This document shows positions 38,554 through 47,717 of a stretch of 64,000 bases of DNA, one piece after another. A model generated the notes under the pieces. That model was not told the DNA's origin, did not search any database, and saw only the letters and a list, made by a program, of their open reading frames with translations. The stretch covers positions 1 through 64,000 of the forward strand of contig JBBIUB010000002.1 in NCBI GenBank assembly GCA_037440465.1, given 5' to 3'. This stretch comes from Coprothermobacterota bacterium (GTDB lineage Bacteria; Coprothermobacterota; HKB111). Position 1 is the first letter of the stretch. Every line of letters begins with the position of its first letter. A program made the position numbers and the translations under genes.

Positions 38554-39909
38554 TTAGGACTTAACTCCCCGCTCTTCCAGGGTACCAGGAATAAGGTTAT
38601 CTAAAACTAAGCCACATAAAGCTCCAACAGCCATTCCGGTGCTTAGGAGCCGATTGAGAATGTCAGCAATCCACTGGGGGTCAAATGCTATGGGGTTATT
38701 TCCAACCCACTGAGGAACCCCTAAACCCATGAGGAAAGCAAAACCAATAATTAATAAGTTCCTTTGAGAAGTAAGGTCGGCTCTTCCCAGAATCATGATT
38801 CCAATAGCTCCAATTACGCCGAAGAGAGCAATATAAGCGCCACCAATGATAGGTGAGGGTATAGTAGCAATAAGAGCACCAAGTTTACCAATAAGGCTCA
38901 TGATTATCAAAAGAATTGCACCTGTTCCAACAACATACCTTGAAGCAACTCCTGTGATTCCTACAAGACCAATGTTTTCTGAATAACTGGTCGTACCAAC
39001 GCCACCGAAAATACCGCTAATCATGCAACCCAAGCCTTCTGAACCAATACCTCTATTTATCTTTTGTGGAGTTGGATCATCAAGTCCAGCAGCATAAGAT
39101 ATTGAGTGATAATCACCAAAAGATTCAATCATTGAAGCAAAATATGCTGCCAAAATAGCAAAGAAAAAGGTAATATCAAAGACTGGCCTACCATAACGGA
39201 ATGGGATTGGCAAATTAACCCAGTTAGCGTCACCAATAGGAGCAAGGTTAATAAAAGCTGCATGCCCTTCTTTAAACACACCCATAAAAGTTAAGAGAAG
39301 GCAGACAACATACATAAGAGCAATAGAGGATATTACAGATATAAGACGCATCCTTTCACCGAGTAACATGGAAAAAACAAAAATACCCGCTACAACAAGA
39401 ATAGCAACAGGCCAGAAGCTCCCTGCGGTACCTACAGCCACAGGTGCTAGACCAAAACCAATCAGCATTATGGTCGGTCCAATAACTATAGGTGTGATAA
39501 CTTTCCTTAAAAGTCCAATTAGACCACCATAGCCTACTACAAGCTCAACTAAGCTACCCGATATTAGAGCTCCAGAAATAGCTTGCATTACATAATTAAC
39601 TCCCCGTTCTTTGGTGGCTGCAACAATAGCCATAACTGCAGGTATAAAAGAAAAGCTCGAACCCTGAACAATGGGTAACCCACTTCCTATTAAAGATAAT
39701 TGTAGTAAAGTGGCAATACCCATAACCAGATAAACAGAGTTTACAAAAACACCAATTTGGACTTTATCCATTCCAATAGCAGGACCAAAAATTAAGGGGA
39801 CAAGTGTAGTAGCTCCAAACAAAGTTAAAACATGCTGAAACCCACCTACTATCATAAAGCTGAGAGGTGGTTTGTAATCTACTGGCATAATAACTTTCCT
39901 ATTAGGCAT
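38554..39909 (-). CDS. NCS2/NAT family nucleobase permease
   Basis: QH in TM1, GSSFSF, ESFGD, NAT signature ENIGLVGITG; start set at ATG 39909 after AGGAGG. Confidence 0.92.
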   Translation of the reverse strand: MPNRKVIMPVDYKPPLSFMIVGGFQHVLTLFGATTLVPLIFGPAIGMDKVQIGVFVNSVYLVMGIATLLQLSLIGSGLPIVQGSSFSFIPAVMAIVAATKERGVNYVMQAISGALISGSLVELVVGYGGLIGLLRKVITPIVIGPTIMLIGFGLAPVAVGTAGSFWPVAILVVAGIFVFSMLLGERMRLISVISSIALMYVVCLLLTFMGVFKEGHAAFINLAPIGDANWVNLPIPFRYGRPVFDITFFFAILAAYFASMIESFGDYHSISYAAGLDDPTPQKINRGIGSEGLGCMISGIFGGVGTTSYSENIGLVGITGVASRYVVGTGAILLIIMSLIGKLGALIATIPSPIIGGAYIALFGVIGAIGIMILGRADLTSQRNLLIIGFAFLMGLGVPQWVGNNPIAFDPQWIADILNRLLSTGMAVGALCGLVLDNLIPGTLEERGVKS

Positions 39910-39949
39910 ATAAAACCTCCTTAAATAATGGATTAAAAAATAATTAAGC

Positions 39950-42346
39950 CTATTTCTCTTCCCTTTTCTCACCTCCTTTTTCTTTTATTGCACTTAAGAC
40001 TCCCTCTGGACTTAAAGGAAGTCTCTTTATGCGAACACCAATGGCATCATATACTGCATTAGCTATAGCCGCTGCTGTTGGTATCATTGGATGTTCTCCA
40101 ATTCCTCGAGCTCCAAAAGGTCCATCATGTTCTGGAGCTTCAATAATATTAGAAACGATATCTGAAGGCACATCAAGTGAAGTAGCTATTTTATAGTCAG
40201 TGAAAGAAGGGTTTAGTGTTTTTCCATGCTGGTCAAATTTGAGTTCTTCAAAAAGAGCTGAACTTAATCCCTGAACAAGCCCCCCTTCCATCTGCCTTTT
40301 TACCTGTAGAGGATTAATTGCTTTACCAACATCAAAAGCAGAGGCTGCTTTGAGAACTTTTATTACTCCAGTTTCTGTATCTACCTCCACTTCTACTGCT
40401 TGTGCGCCAGTAGTAAAATGAACCACTGGTTTTCTCCCCTGACCAGTCTCAGGATCTACAGGAGTAACATCTGGTGGAACAAACATGCCATGCCCCATAA
40501 TCGGACCTCCTTCAAGCTTTCCATCAGGCATCCTTATCCCATATATTGCCACATTCTTAAGTGCTATCTTCTTTGTAGGGTCACTAAGACAAACAACATG
40601 ACCATTAATAAGATACAGGTCTTTGCTATTAACCTCCCAGGATTTACTCAGGAGTGCAAAAACCTGATCTTTTATATCCTGACAAGCTTTAAGAAGAGCA
40701 TTACCAGTGGACCAGGTTAGACGACTGGCTACAGTTTGCCATTCATATGGATTTCTATCTGTGTCTGGAGATAATACCTTTATCTTCTCGGGGTGGATGG
40801 TTAATGCTTCAGCAGCTATCTGGGTTAAAACAGTATGATACCCTTGTCCTATTTCCATTCCAGAAGCAAGGATATTTATAGAACCATCTTCATTGAATTT
40901 AACAAAGACTGAAGAGCCTGCATCAGGTGGCATAGCTGGTGCCTTCCACATAGCAGCAATACCTTTTCCTCTCACCTTAACAGGACTTTTACATACTTCT
41001 TTCTCCTTCATGTTTAAGGTGGTAGCCACAGTTAGAATGCAATCCGAGAGTCCTGTGGGGTGCATTTTATTGCCTGTAAGGGTTTCTGCTCCTCCTCTTA
41101 GGGCATTCAACAAGCGAAACTCAACAGGGTCCATGCCAAGCTTAACTGCTGCTTCATCCATATGAGATTCAATGGCAAAGTGAATCTCGGACATACCAAA
41201 TCCTCTATAAGGACCTCCTACAGGATGGTTTGTATAAATGCAATATGTATCAGATTTAACATTGGGAATCTCATATGGGCCAGAAGAAGAATAACCAGAT
41301 GCCCTTGTTATATTCACTCCATATTCAGTGTAAGCACCTCCAGCCCAATAGTATTTAACCTCCAGAGCTTGGATTTTACCATCTTTTTTTACCCCCATTT
41401 TTACGAAAGCCTTGAGGGCCTGTCTGACGAATGTACCAAAAAACTCTTCTTCCCTGGTCATCCTGAGTTTCACAGGGTATCCAAGAACTTTCATTGCTAA
41501 GGGAACAAGACAAGCTTCTATGGTAACTCCTGCTTTAGAACCAAATCCTCCACCGAGATAAGGGGTTATTACTCTCACTTTACTTTGAGGTAATCCAAAA
41601 GCCTGAGCTATAAGATTCCTTTGAGCAAAGGGGGATTGGGAAGAAGTCCAAAGGGTTACATTTCTTCTAAAATCAACTTCTGCGATAGCTACATGGGTTT
41701 CTATAGTAGAGTGCTGTATATGGGGAACTTGATAGGAATCTTCAATTATTATGTCAGAATTCTTAAAACCCTCTTCCAAATTCCCTTTTCTCACCTTGAA
41801 ATGGTTACTGATATTAGTACCAGGTACTGGATAGATAAAGTCAGAATGAGGATATCTCCCTAAGTCTGGATGAATTATTGGAGCTTCAGGCCTTGCTCCC
41901 AATACTGGGTCAAAAACTGTTGGAAGTTCCTTATACTCTACCTCTATAAGCTCTAATGCTTCCTCTGCAATCTCTTCAGAGATAGCAGCCACTCCAGCTA
42001 CTGGCTCACCAATAAATCTAACCCGGTCAACTGCGTAAAGGTTCCTATCCTTAAGATAAAGACCAATTAAATATGGAAAATCAGTGCCAGTAACTACTGC
42101 CTTGACTCCAGGTAGGCTTAGGGCTCTCTTTGTGTCGATATTGATTATCTTACCGTGGGAAACAGGACTTCTTTTTAGTTTAGCGTGAAGAAGTTTGGGT
42201 CCAAACTGTAAGTCATCAGTATATTTTGCTTCACCAGTAACTTTTTCCCAAGCATCTACCCTGGGTATGTCTTTTCCAATCCAGGAAAATTCTTCTTTAA
42301 CTATCTCTAATTCAATTGTTTCTTCTTTTATTTTATCGGAAGACAT
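39950..42346 (-). CDS. Xanthine dehydrogenase-family molybdopterin-binding subunit
   Basis: KVTGEAKY, GGGFGSK, YRGFG, EIGQG, QMEGG, GIGE (catalytic Glu). Confidence 0.93.
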   Translation of the reverse strand: MSSDKIKEETIELEIVKEEFSWIGKDIPRVDAWEKVTGEAKYTDDLQFGPKLLHAKLKRSPVSHGKIINIDTKRALSLPGVKAVVTGTDFPYLIGLYLKDRNLYAVDRVRFIGEPVAGVAAISEEIAEEALELIEVEYKELPTVFDPVLGARPEAPIIHPDLGRYPHSDFIYPVPGTNISNHFKVRKGNLEEGFKNSDIIIEDSYQVPHIQHSTIETHVAIAEVDFRRNVTLWTSSQSPFAQRNLIAQAFGLPQSKVRVITPYLGGGFGSKAGVTIEACLVPLAMKVLGYPVKLRMTREEEFFGTFVRQALKAFVKMGVKKDGKIQALEVKYYWAGGAYTEYGVNITRASGYSSSGPYEIPNVKSDTYCIYTNHPVGGPYRGFGMSEIHFAIESHMDEAAVKLGMDPVEFRLLNALRGGAETLTGNKMHPTGLSDCILTVATTLNMKEKEVCKSPVKVRGKGIAAMWKAPAMPPDAGSSVFVKFNEDGSINILASGMEIGQGYHTVLTQIAAEALTIHPEKIKVLSPDTDRNPYEWQTVASRLTWSTGNALLKACQDIKDQVFALLSKSWEVNSKDLYLINGHVVCLSDPTKKIALKNVAIYGIRMPDGKLEGGPIMGHGMFVPPDVTPVDPETGQGRKPVVHFTTGAQAVEVEVDTETGVIKVLKAASAFDVGKAINPLQVKRQMEGGLVQGLSSALFEELKFDQHGKTLNPSFTDYKIATSLDVPSDIVSNIIEAPEHDGPFGARGIGEHPMIPTAAAIANAVYDAIGVRIKRLPLSPEGVLSAIKEKGGEKREEK

Positions 42347-42355
42347 TTTCCACCC

Positions 42356-42826
42356 CTACTTAGAAAGTATGTTTGCAGCATGACGAGTTGCTTCTACAAT
42401 AGCTACATATCCTGTACAACGACATATATTGCCAGCAATAGTTTCTTGGATTTCCTCTTCTGAAGGGTCAGGATTTCTCTTCAAGAGAACTGATAAAGAT
42501 AAAATCATCCCTGGTGTGCAAAAACCACACTGAACAGCACCTTTTTCAATAAAAGCCTCCTGAAGAGGGTGCAATTTTCCATCTTTTACCAATCCTTCTA
42601 CGGTAATTATTCTTTTCCCATCTATCTCTATAGCCAGAACCAGACATGAGTTTACTGGTTCATCGTTCAAAATAACGGTACAGGCTCCACATTCTCCTTT
42701 ACCACAACCATATTTAGGGCTTGTAATTCCAATCTTATTTCGTAATACTTCTAAAAGAGTCTCCCATGGAAAAACCTCAAGATTGTAGTTTTCTCCATTA
42801 ACCATGAAATGAATACTTTTTCTCAT
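42356..42826 (-). CDS. Xanthine dehydrogenase-family 2Fe-2S subunit
   Basis: GCGKGECGACT, QCGFCTPG, CRCTGY; start 42826 gives an ATGA overlap with the FAD subunit. Confidence 0.93.
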   Translation of the reverse strand: MRKSIHFMVNGENYNLEVFPWETLLEVLRNKIGITSPKYGCGKGECGACTVILNDEPVNSCLVLAIEIDGKRIITVEGLVKDGKLHPLQEAFIEKGAVQCGFCTPGMILSLSVLLKRNPDPSEEEIQETIAGNICRCTGYVAIVEATRHAANILSK

Positions 42827-43701
42827 ATAACTACCTCTCTCAAAAGCAATAACTTCTCCCATGCTTTTAATAAAGCTCTTTTTGTGAATACTTTGCACAT
42901 CTCCAGACGATATTGCCTGGAAGAACGCACATCATCTATAGGTGATACTTCTTCAAGAATCAGGGGAAGTCCTTCTTCAACTAATTCTGAGGTCAAAACT
43001 TTATGACGCAGATAATTTTCAATCTTTGTAGCTCTAATTGGAGTAGGAGCAACAGCCCCCAAAGCAACTCTGTATTCAAAGCCGGAGGGAGTATCAAGAA
43101 CTAAAGCTGCAACTCCAACTACTGCTAAATCTACTGCGGCTCTTCTTCCAAGCTTCAGGTATATGGACATATGGGAATATCTTGGATGTGAAATAAATAT
43201 TTCTTTAACTAATTCGCCTGGTTTCAAAACATTCAATCGAGGTCCTTTAATGAAAGAAGACAATTTTATTCTTCTCTCCCCATCAAGTCCAATCGTTAAA
43301 ACCTCACTATCATAGCATAGAAGAATTGGAACCATATCAGCTGAAGGTACAGAGCTAACAAGATTTCCAGTAAGGGTCCCTCTTGCACGAACCTGATATG
43401 AACCAACTGATGAAGCAGCTTCCTTTAATCCAGGAAAATAATTGCCAATATTTAAAGAGTTAGATATTTCGTTTAAAGTTGTTAAGCTTCCAATGTGTAT
43501 TCCTTTATCATTATAAATAAGAGTTTTTAACTCGGAGATTTCTTTTATGTCTATAACATATCTGGGTTGTTCAAGCTTTTCTTTCATCCTGACTATCAGG
43601 TCTGTCCCACCATTTAAGTAAGCTCCACCTTCTCCAAGTTTTCTGGTTATATCAAGGGCTTCTCTAATGTTAGAAGGTCTATAATAATCAAATTCTTTCA
43701 C
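42823..43701 (-). CDS. Xanthine dehydrogenase-family FAD-binding subunit
   Basis: Y.RP, GGTDL, QVR.RGTL.GN, ALGAV, PIDDVRS. Confidence 0.92.
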   Translation of the reverse strand: MKEFDYYRPSNIREALDITRKLGEGGAYLNGGTDLIVRMKEKLEQPRYVIDIKEISELKTLIYNDKGIHIGSLTTLNEISNSLNIGNYFPGLKEAASSVGSYQVRARGTLTGNLVSSVPSADMVPILLCYDSEVLTIGLDGERRIKLSSFIKGPRLNVLKPGELVKEIFISHPRYSHMSIYLKLGRRAAVDLAVVGVAALVLDTPSGFEYRVALGAVAPTPIRATKIENYLRHKVLTSELVEEGLPLILEEVSPIDDVRSSRQYRLEMCKVFTKRALLKAWEKLLLLREVVI

Positions 43702-43718
43702 AGGCTTCCCTACCTTTT

Positions 43719-44531
43719 TTATTCCTTCTTAACAAAAGCTACCAATCGACAGAAGGCAGCTTCACCTCCAACAAACCTCCAGGGGAAGCAACCAACATAA
43801 ACCCTTTGGTTAAGGATTTTGTCTATTTCTCCTCCAATATTCTCAAGATGGAAAATACCATACTTGAAAAGACCATAATGGGTAGTTTGATAATCATCCT
43901 CAGGAAATATCTCCTCAAGAGTCTTCCCCAGCTTTTTTTCAGCTTCTTTAGCTAAATCTGGTCTTACTTTTCTTATTACTGTATTCATTGGGTGGTCGGT
44001 TGAACCAGCATCTATTGCCATCCAGGAAATCTTTCTCTCAAGGACAAATCTGGTGAATTCTGCTGTGGGACCCGGATGTTTAATAAAATATTTGGTTTCA
44101 TCTGGAACACATTCTCCATACCAGTTACCGGGATAATATTTATGGTAACCGGTATTGATTATAAGAATATCTCCTTCTTTAATTTTTATCCCAGATTTCT
44201 TCTCCCATTCTTCAAAATGCTCAGGTGAATATATTTCATAATCACCAATACCAAACTGTGATAAATCAACTACCACTGCTGTACCAAAAAGCTTGTTAAT
44301 AGGTATTTGAGCAACATCTTGACCATTGGTAATGAAATGAAGTGGGGCATCAATATGGGTACCTACATGAAGAGTAGTTGAAATATGTTGACCTCCTACT
44401 CTATCAAAAGCTACTCTTTTTATCCACTTTATTATTGGTCCTTCATAGGTGGCAAATGCTGGTGTGTGTACACCCCAATCTTGTGTGAGGTCAAGTAGCT
44501 TTACTCCTTTTAAGTCCTCAAATTCTTCCAT
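43719..44531 (-). CDS. Cyclase family (kynurenine formamidase / isatin hydrolase-like) metal amidohydrolase
   Basis: HVGTHIDAPLH motif; start set at ATG 44531 after AAGGAGG. Confidence 0.9.
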   Translation of the reverse strand: MEEFEDLKGVKLLDLTQDWGVHTPAFATYEGPIIKWIKRVAFDRVGGQHISTTLHVGTHIDAPLHFITNGQDVAQIPINKLFGTAVVVDLSQFGIGDYEIYSPEHFEEWEKKSGIKIKEGDILIINTGYHKYYPGNWYGECVPDETKYFIKHPGPTAEFTRFVLERKISWMAIDAGSTDHPMNTVIRKVRPDLAKEAEKKLGKTLEEIFPEDDYQTTHYGLFKYGIFHLENIGGEIDKILNQRVYVGCFPWRFVGGEAAFCRLVAFVKKE

Positions 44532-44588
44532 ATATTCCTCCTTCATATTTAAATATTTAAGGTTCTTCTCAAATTATGTCGTTAAACA

Positions 44589-44757
44589 GGGTTCAAGGGT
44601 ACAAGAATTCAAGGATTCGAGGGTTCAAGTGAAAATCTTAAAAATACAACTTCTTGACTGCTTGAACCTTTCAGATAAGACCTCTGCCTAACCTTTAATT
44701 CTTTGTAGTTATTATGCATTTTACTGGACTCCTTGACTCCTTAGCCCCTTGAATACT
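44589..44757. repeat. Inverted arrays of degenerate octamers (GGRTTCAA/GGAGTCAA)
   Basis: Five + strand units 44589-44628 ending GTGAAA; two minus units at ~44654-44669; four minus units ~44719-44756 ending GTAAAA. Confidence 0.75.
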
Positions 44758-44791
44758 TTCAATTCATAATCATTTCAGTTTAACAACTAAT

Positions 44792-46183
44792 TTAAGGTGA
44801 TCCATATTTTCTTACAAAAGCCCACCCTGCCATTTCAAAGGCTGTGATAGGTAAACGGATAATTCCAGCACCCACCTGCCCAACTCCTGGATTTTTGTGA
44901 GCTACTCCAGTATTCAAAATAGGAGTAATGCCAGTCTTTATAACTTTTAATATATCAATACCGAGAGGTGTTCCCCTGAAATTTAAATAGGGGATAGTAA
45001 ATACCTCGTTTAATGAATGAGTAATCTCATACATATCTAAATTATGGTCCATAGCATCTTTAGGTGTACCACCAATAAACTGCACTATAGCAGGAGCAGA
45101 AGCAAGTGCAAATCCACCCAGGCCTAAAGTTTCCATAATTGCAGAATCTCCCAGGTCCGGGTTAGCATCTTCCTCAGTATATCCTGGAAAGAAAAGAACA
45201 TCAGGGATAGCTGCTTCAGATACAAACCACTCCTTATCCAAACCACTCACCCTAATGCCAAAATCCGTTCCATTTCGGGCTATCACATTAACAATTGATG
45301 AATAATCAACTCTTTCAGCAGGTTCCAGGCAGGATTTAGAAGCGCCCATAGCAAGATTCAAAAAGAAGTGGTCGTTACTATCAATAAACTTCAATAATTC
45401 CTCTCCCTCTGCGACACTTCTGGATACATGAAGAATAGAGGGTGCTATGATTCTGAAAAATAGAGATGTGGCAGCTCTATTTCTGTTATGTAGCTCATCA
45501 CCCATGTGCAAAGCTTGGCTCATAACATTCTTAAGGTTAATATCCCCCAACTCATCTATTGCTTTTGACAGAACTGGGTAAAGAACATTCTCCATCCACT
45601 TTAACCTTTCAATTACCTCCTGGCTATAAGCACCGAACCTCAATGCTTTACCCAGGCCTTCATTTTGAGTAACATACACCATATTTCCAAAAGTATTGTT
45701 TTTAATTATAAAGACAGGCATAGATGGTGAGATTACTCCAGCCATTGGACCTACAGCATGATAATGATGAGTTGGTTCAAAGCGAATATCCCCTGAAGAA
45801 GCCATCTCCCAGGCGTCTTTTTCTTTAGAAGTCCATCCCTCATAAAGAATAGCACCTATTATTGCTCCTTTCAAAGGTCCACACATTCTATCCCAGGTAA
45901 TTGGTGGACCAGCATGAAGAAGGAATTTACCTCCAAAGCCTGGTATTATTTCCGATGCTCTACCCATACCCCAAAGATTGGGTTTTGCTGAAAGGATAAT
46001 ATCAATAACCTTATTATTAGCTTCCTCAATTATCTTAATAGGTAATTTTCTGAGGTTATTAAGAAGTTCTTTATCAAGAGATGGTGGTCTAAAATCTACC
46101 TCAACTACTTCAATGCCCTGGCTTTCTAAATCTCTGGCAAAAGCCTTAAGACCTATATTTATAACTTTAAGCTTGCTCCACAT
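44792..46183 (-). CDS. DUF1116 protein, YahG/YlbE(AllG)-like
   Basis: LHAGPP, AVGPMAG, LHMGDELHNRN, ARNG, DLGDSAIME, INTG-like ILNTGVAH. Confidence 0.88.
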   Translation of the reverse strand: MWSKLKVINIGLKAFARDLESQGIEVVEVDFRPPSLDKELLNNLRKLPIKIIEEANNKVIDIILSAKPNLWGMGRASEIIPGFGGKFLLHAGPPITWDRMCGPLKGAIIGAILYEGWTSKEKDAWEMASSGDIRFEPTHHYHAVGPMAGVISPSMPVFIIKNNTFGNMVYVTQNEGLGKALRFGAYSQEVIERLKWMENVLYPVLSKAIDELGDINLKNVMSQALHMGDELHNRNRAATSLFFRIIAPSILHVSRSVAEGEELLKFIDSNDHFFLNLAMGASKSCLEPAERVDYSSIVNVIARNGTDFGIRVSGLDKEWFVSEAAIPDVLFFPGYTEEDANPDLGDSAIMETLGLGGFALASAPAIVQFIGGTPKDAMDHNLDMYEITHSLNEVFTIPYLNFRGTPLGIDILKVIKTGITPILNTGVAHKNPGVGQVGAGIIRLPITAFEMAGWAFVRKYGSP

Positions 46184-47717
46184 TTAAACTCCTTATAACC
46201 TTGCCTGCAAAAAAACTAACTTCTCTATTACTCTTGAAACATAGTGCACCTGCTTCTTCCAATGCTTTTTCTATCATATTCTTGTTCTGAATATCTTCGT
46301 GAGTACCACATATATGAACTACAGGCAAGACTTTTCCCTTACATTCATAAATTAGGGGTAAGATTTCTTTCAGAGGTTCCATGGGTGCGCCATAACCAAG
46401 TATAAGGTCAAAAAAGATGATAGCTACATCTTCATCTTTAATCTCCCTGGATATTCTGTTTACTCGAAAAGTGTAATCAATAATAGGATGAAGGCGTCCA
46501 ACAGTAAACTCGTCTTCACCGAGATCAATAATAGTATTATTAATACTTTTAACCCCCTGAATTTTGAACTCTTTAGAAAGTGGGGTATTAGAATAAACTT
46601 CTCCAATAAGACCTTTTAAAACAAGAAGTGCTTCATAAGCCAGTGTTCCGCCTGTAAAAAGACCCCTTAAATATCTTCTTTTACCAGAAATCTTCTTAGC
46701 CTCCTCAAAAGCTCTGGAAGAGATTTCATCCTCTCTTTTTTTCAAATAATCCTTTACATTTGTGGGGTTTTCCTTTCGTGTTAATGTTAGAGATAATAAT
46801 GCTGCCTCTTCTAAAGACTCAGACCAGAAAAGATTAGAAGGAAGATCTGGTGGAATCGTATCTCCCAAAAAACAAACAACTACAGGTTTTTTTACTTTTC
46901 CTGCCTGTTCAAAAATCATGGAAGATACTTCTGGGTCGGGAGGTTTAGATATAAGCATAACAACTTCTGTATTATTATCAGAGGAAAGGAATTGGAGACC
47001 CATGAGAGTAGTAATGCCACCTACCTTAATATTTAAATCTCTACCACCCGTACCAATAGCGTGAGAAATCCCACCACTATAATCAGAGATGATGGAAGAT
47101 ACTTCCTGAATTCCTGTACCAGCTGCAGCTACTATTCCTATAGAACCTTTCCTTATCTTATTTGAAAATGCTATGCCAACCCCTCCTATAATGGCAGTAC
47201 CAGCATCTGGACCCATTAAAAAGAGTCTTCTATCAAAAGCCATTTTTTTTAATTTAGCTTCTTCATCCAGAGGAACATGATCTGAGAAAAGAAATACATT
47301 TAATCCTTTTTCAAGTAATTCATGAGTAACCTCGTAAGCAAAACGCCCTGATACCGAAACAATAGCCAGATTTAAGTCTGGTATAGCCTTCAAAGCCGAA
47401 CTTATACTCCTTGGCTTGTGTATACTTTCTTCTTCTCTTGATTTTTTTCTTATTAAGAGTGAACACCCTTCATTAAGTGCTTTGGAAGTTGATTCTTTAT
47501 CTTCTCCTTTTACTACCAGTATTAAATCCGAAGGTTTAGCCTTTTTGAATTCTTCAAGGAACATACCTGCTTCCTCTAAGAGTTTTACATTACTTTCTGT
47601 ACCCATATACAGAGCAGCTTCTATTACTCCAGGCATGGAAGATACCTGCTTGGATATAAGCATTAAAGTAGCGGAATCAAAGTAACTACCCTGTTTAATT
47701 ATTCCTTCTACCCACAT
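46167..47717 (-). CDS. FdrA/YahF(AllF)-like protein with succinyl-CoA ligase-like fold
   Basis: YFDSATLM, MGPDAGT, GTGGRDL, GLFTGGTL, GRLHP. Confidence 0.9.
   Translation of the reverse strand: MWVEGIIKQGSYFDSATLMLISKQVSSMPGVIEAALYMGTESNVKLLEEAGMFLEEFKKAKPSDLILVVKGEDKESTSKALNEGCSLLIRKKSREEESIHKPRSISSALKAIPDLNLAIVSVSGRFAYEVTHELLEKGLNVFLFSDHVPLDEEAKLKKMAFDRRLFLMGPDAGTAIIGGVGIAFSNKIRKGSIGIVAAAGTGIQEVSSIISDYSGGISHAIGTGGRDLNIKVGGITTLMGLQFLSSDNNTEVVMLISKPPDPEVSSMIFEQAGKVKKPVVVCFLGDTIPPDLPSNLFWSESLEEAALLSLTLTRKENPTNVKDYLKKREDEISSRAFEEAKKISGKRRYLRGLFTGGTLAYEALLVLKGLIGEVYSNTPLSKEFKIQGVKSINNTIIDLGEDEFTVGRLHPIIDYTFRVNRISREIKDEDVAIIFFDLILGYGAPMEPLKEILPLIYECKGKVLPVVHICGTHEDIQNKNMIEKALEEAGALCFKSNREVSFFAGKVIRSLNVEQA

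Noticed and set aside
39910..39949. Purine riboswitch ahead of the NCS2 permease
   Set aside because: Only a 40-nt AT-rich spacer, and no aptamer was seen upstream of the operon either.
39950..43701. Naming the Mo enzyme xanthine dehydrogenase or CO dehydrogenase
   Set aside because: It has YRGFG rather than the CoxL AYxCSFR motif; substrate cannot be fixed from motifs alone.
44449..44691. 80 aa + strand ORF containing QGSRVQEFKDSRVQV
   Set aside because: Translation of the octamer repeat plus antisense cyclase sequence.
44589..44757. Possible CRISPR array
   Set aside because: Units are 8 bp, adjacent and degenerate; no spacers and no cas genes.
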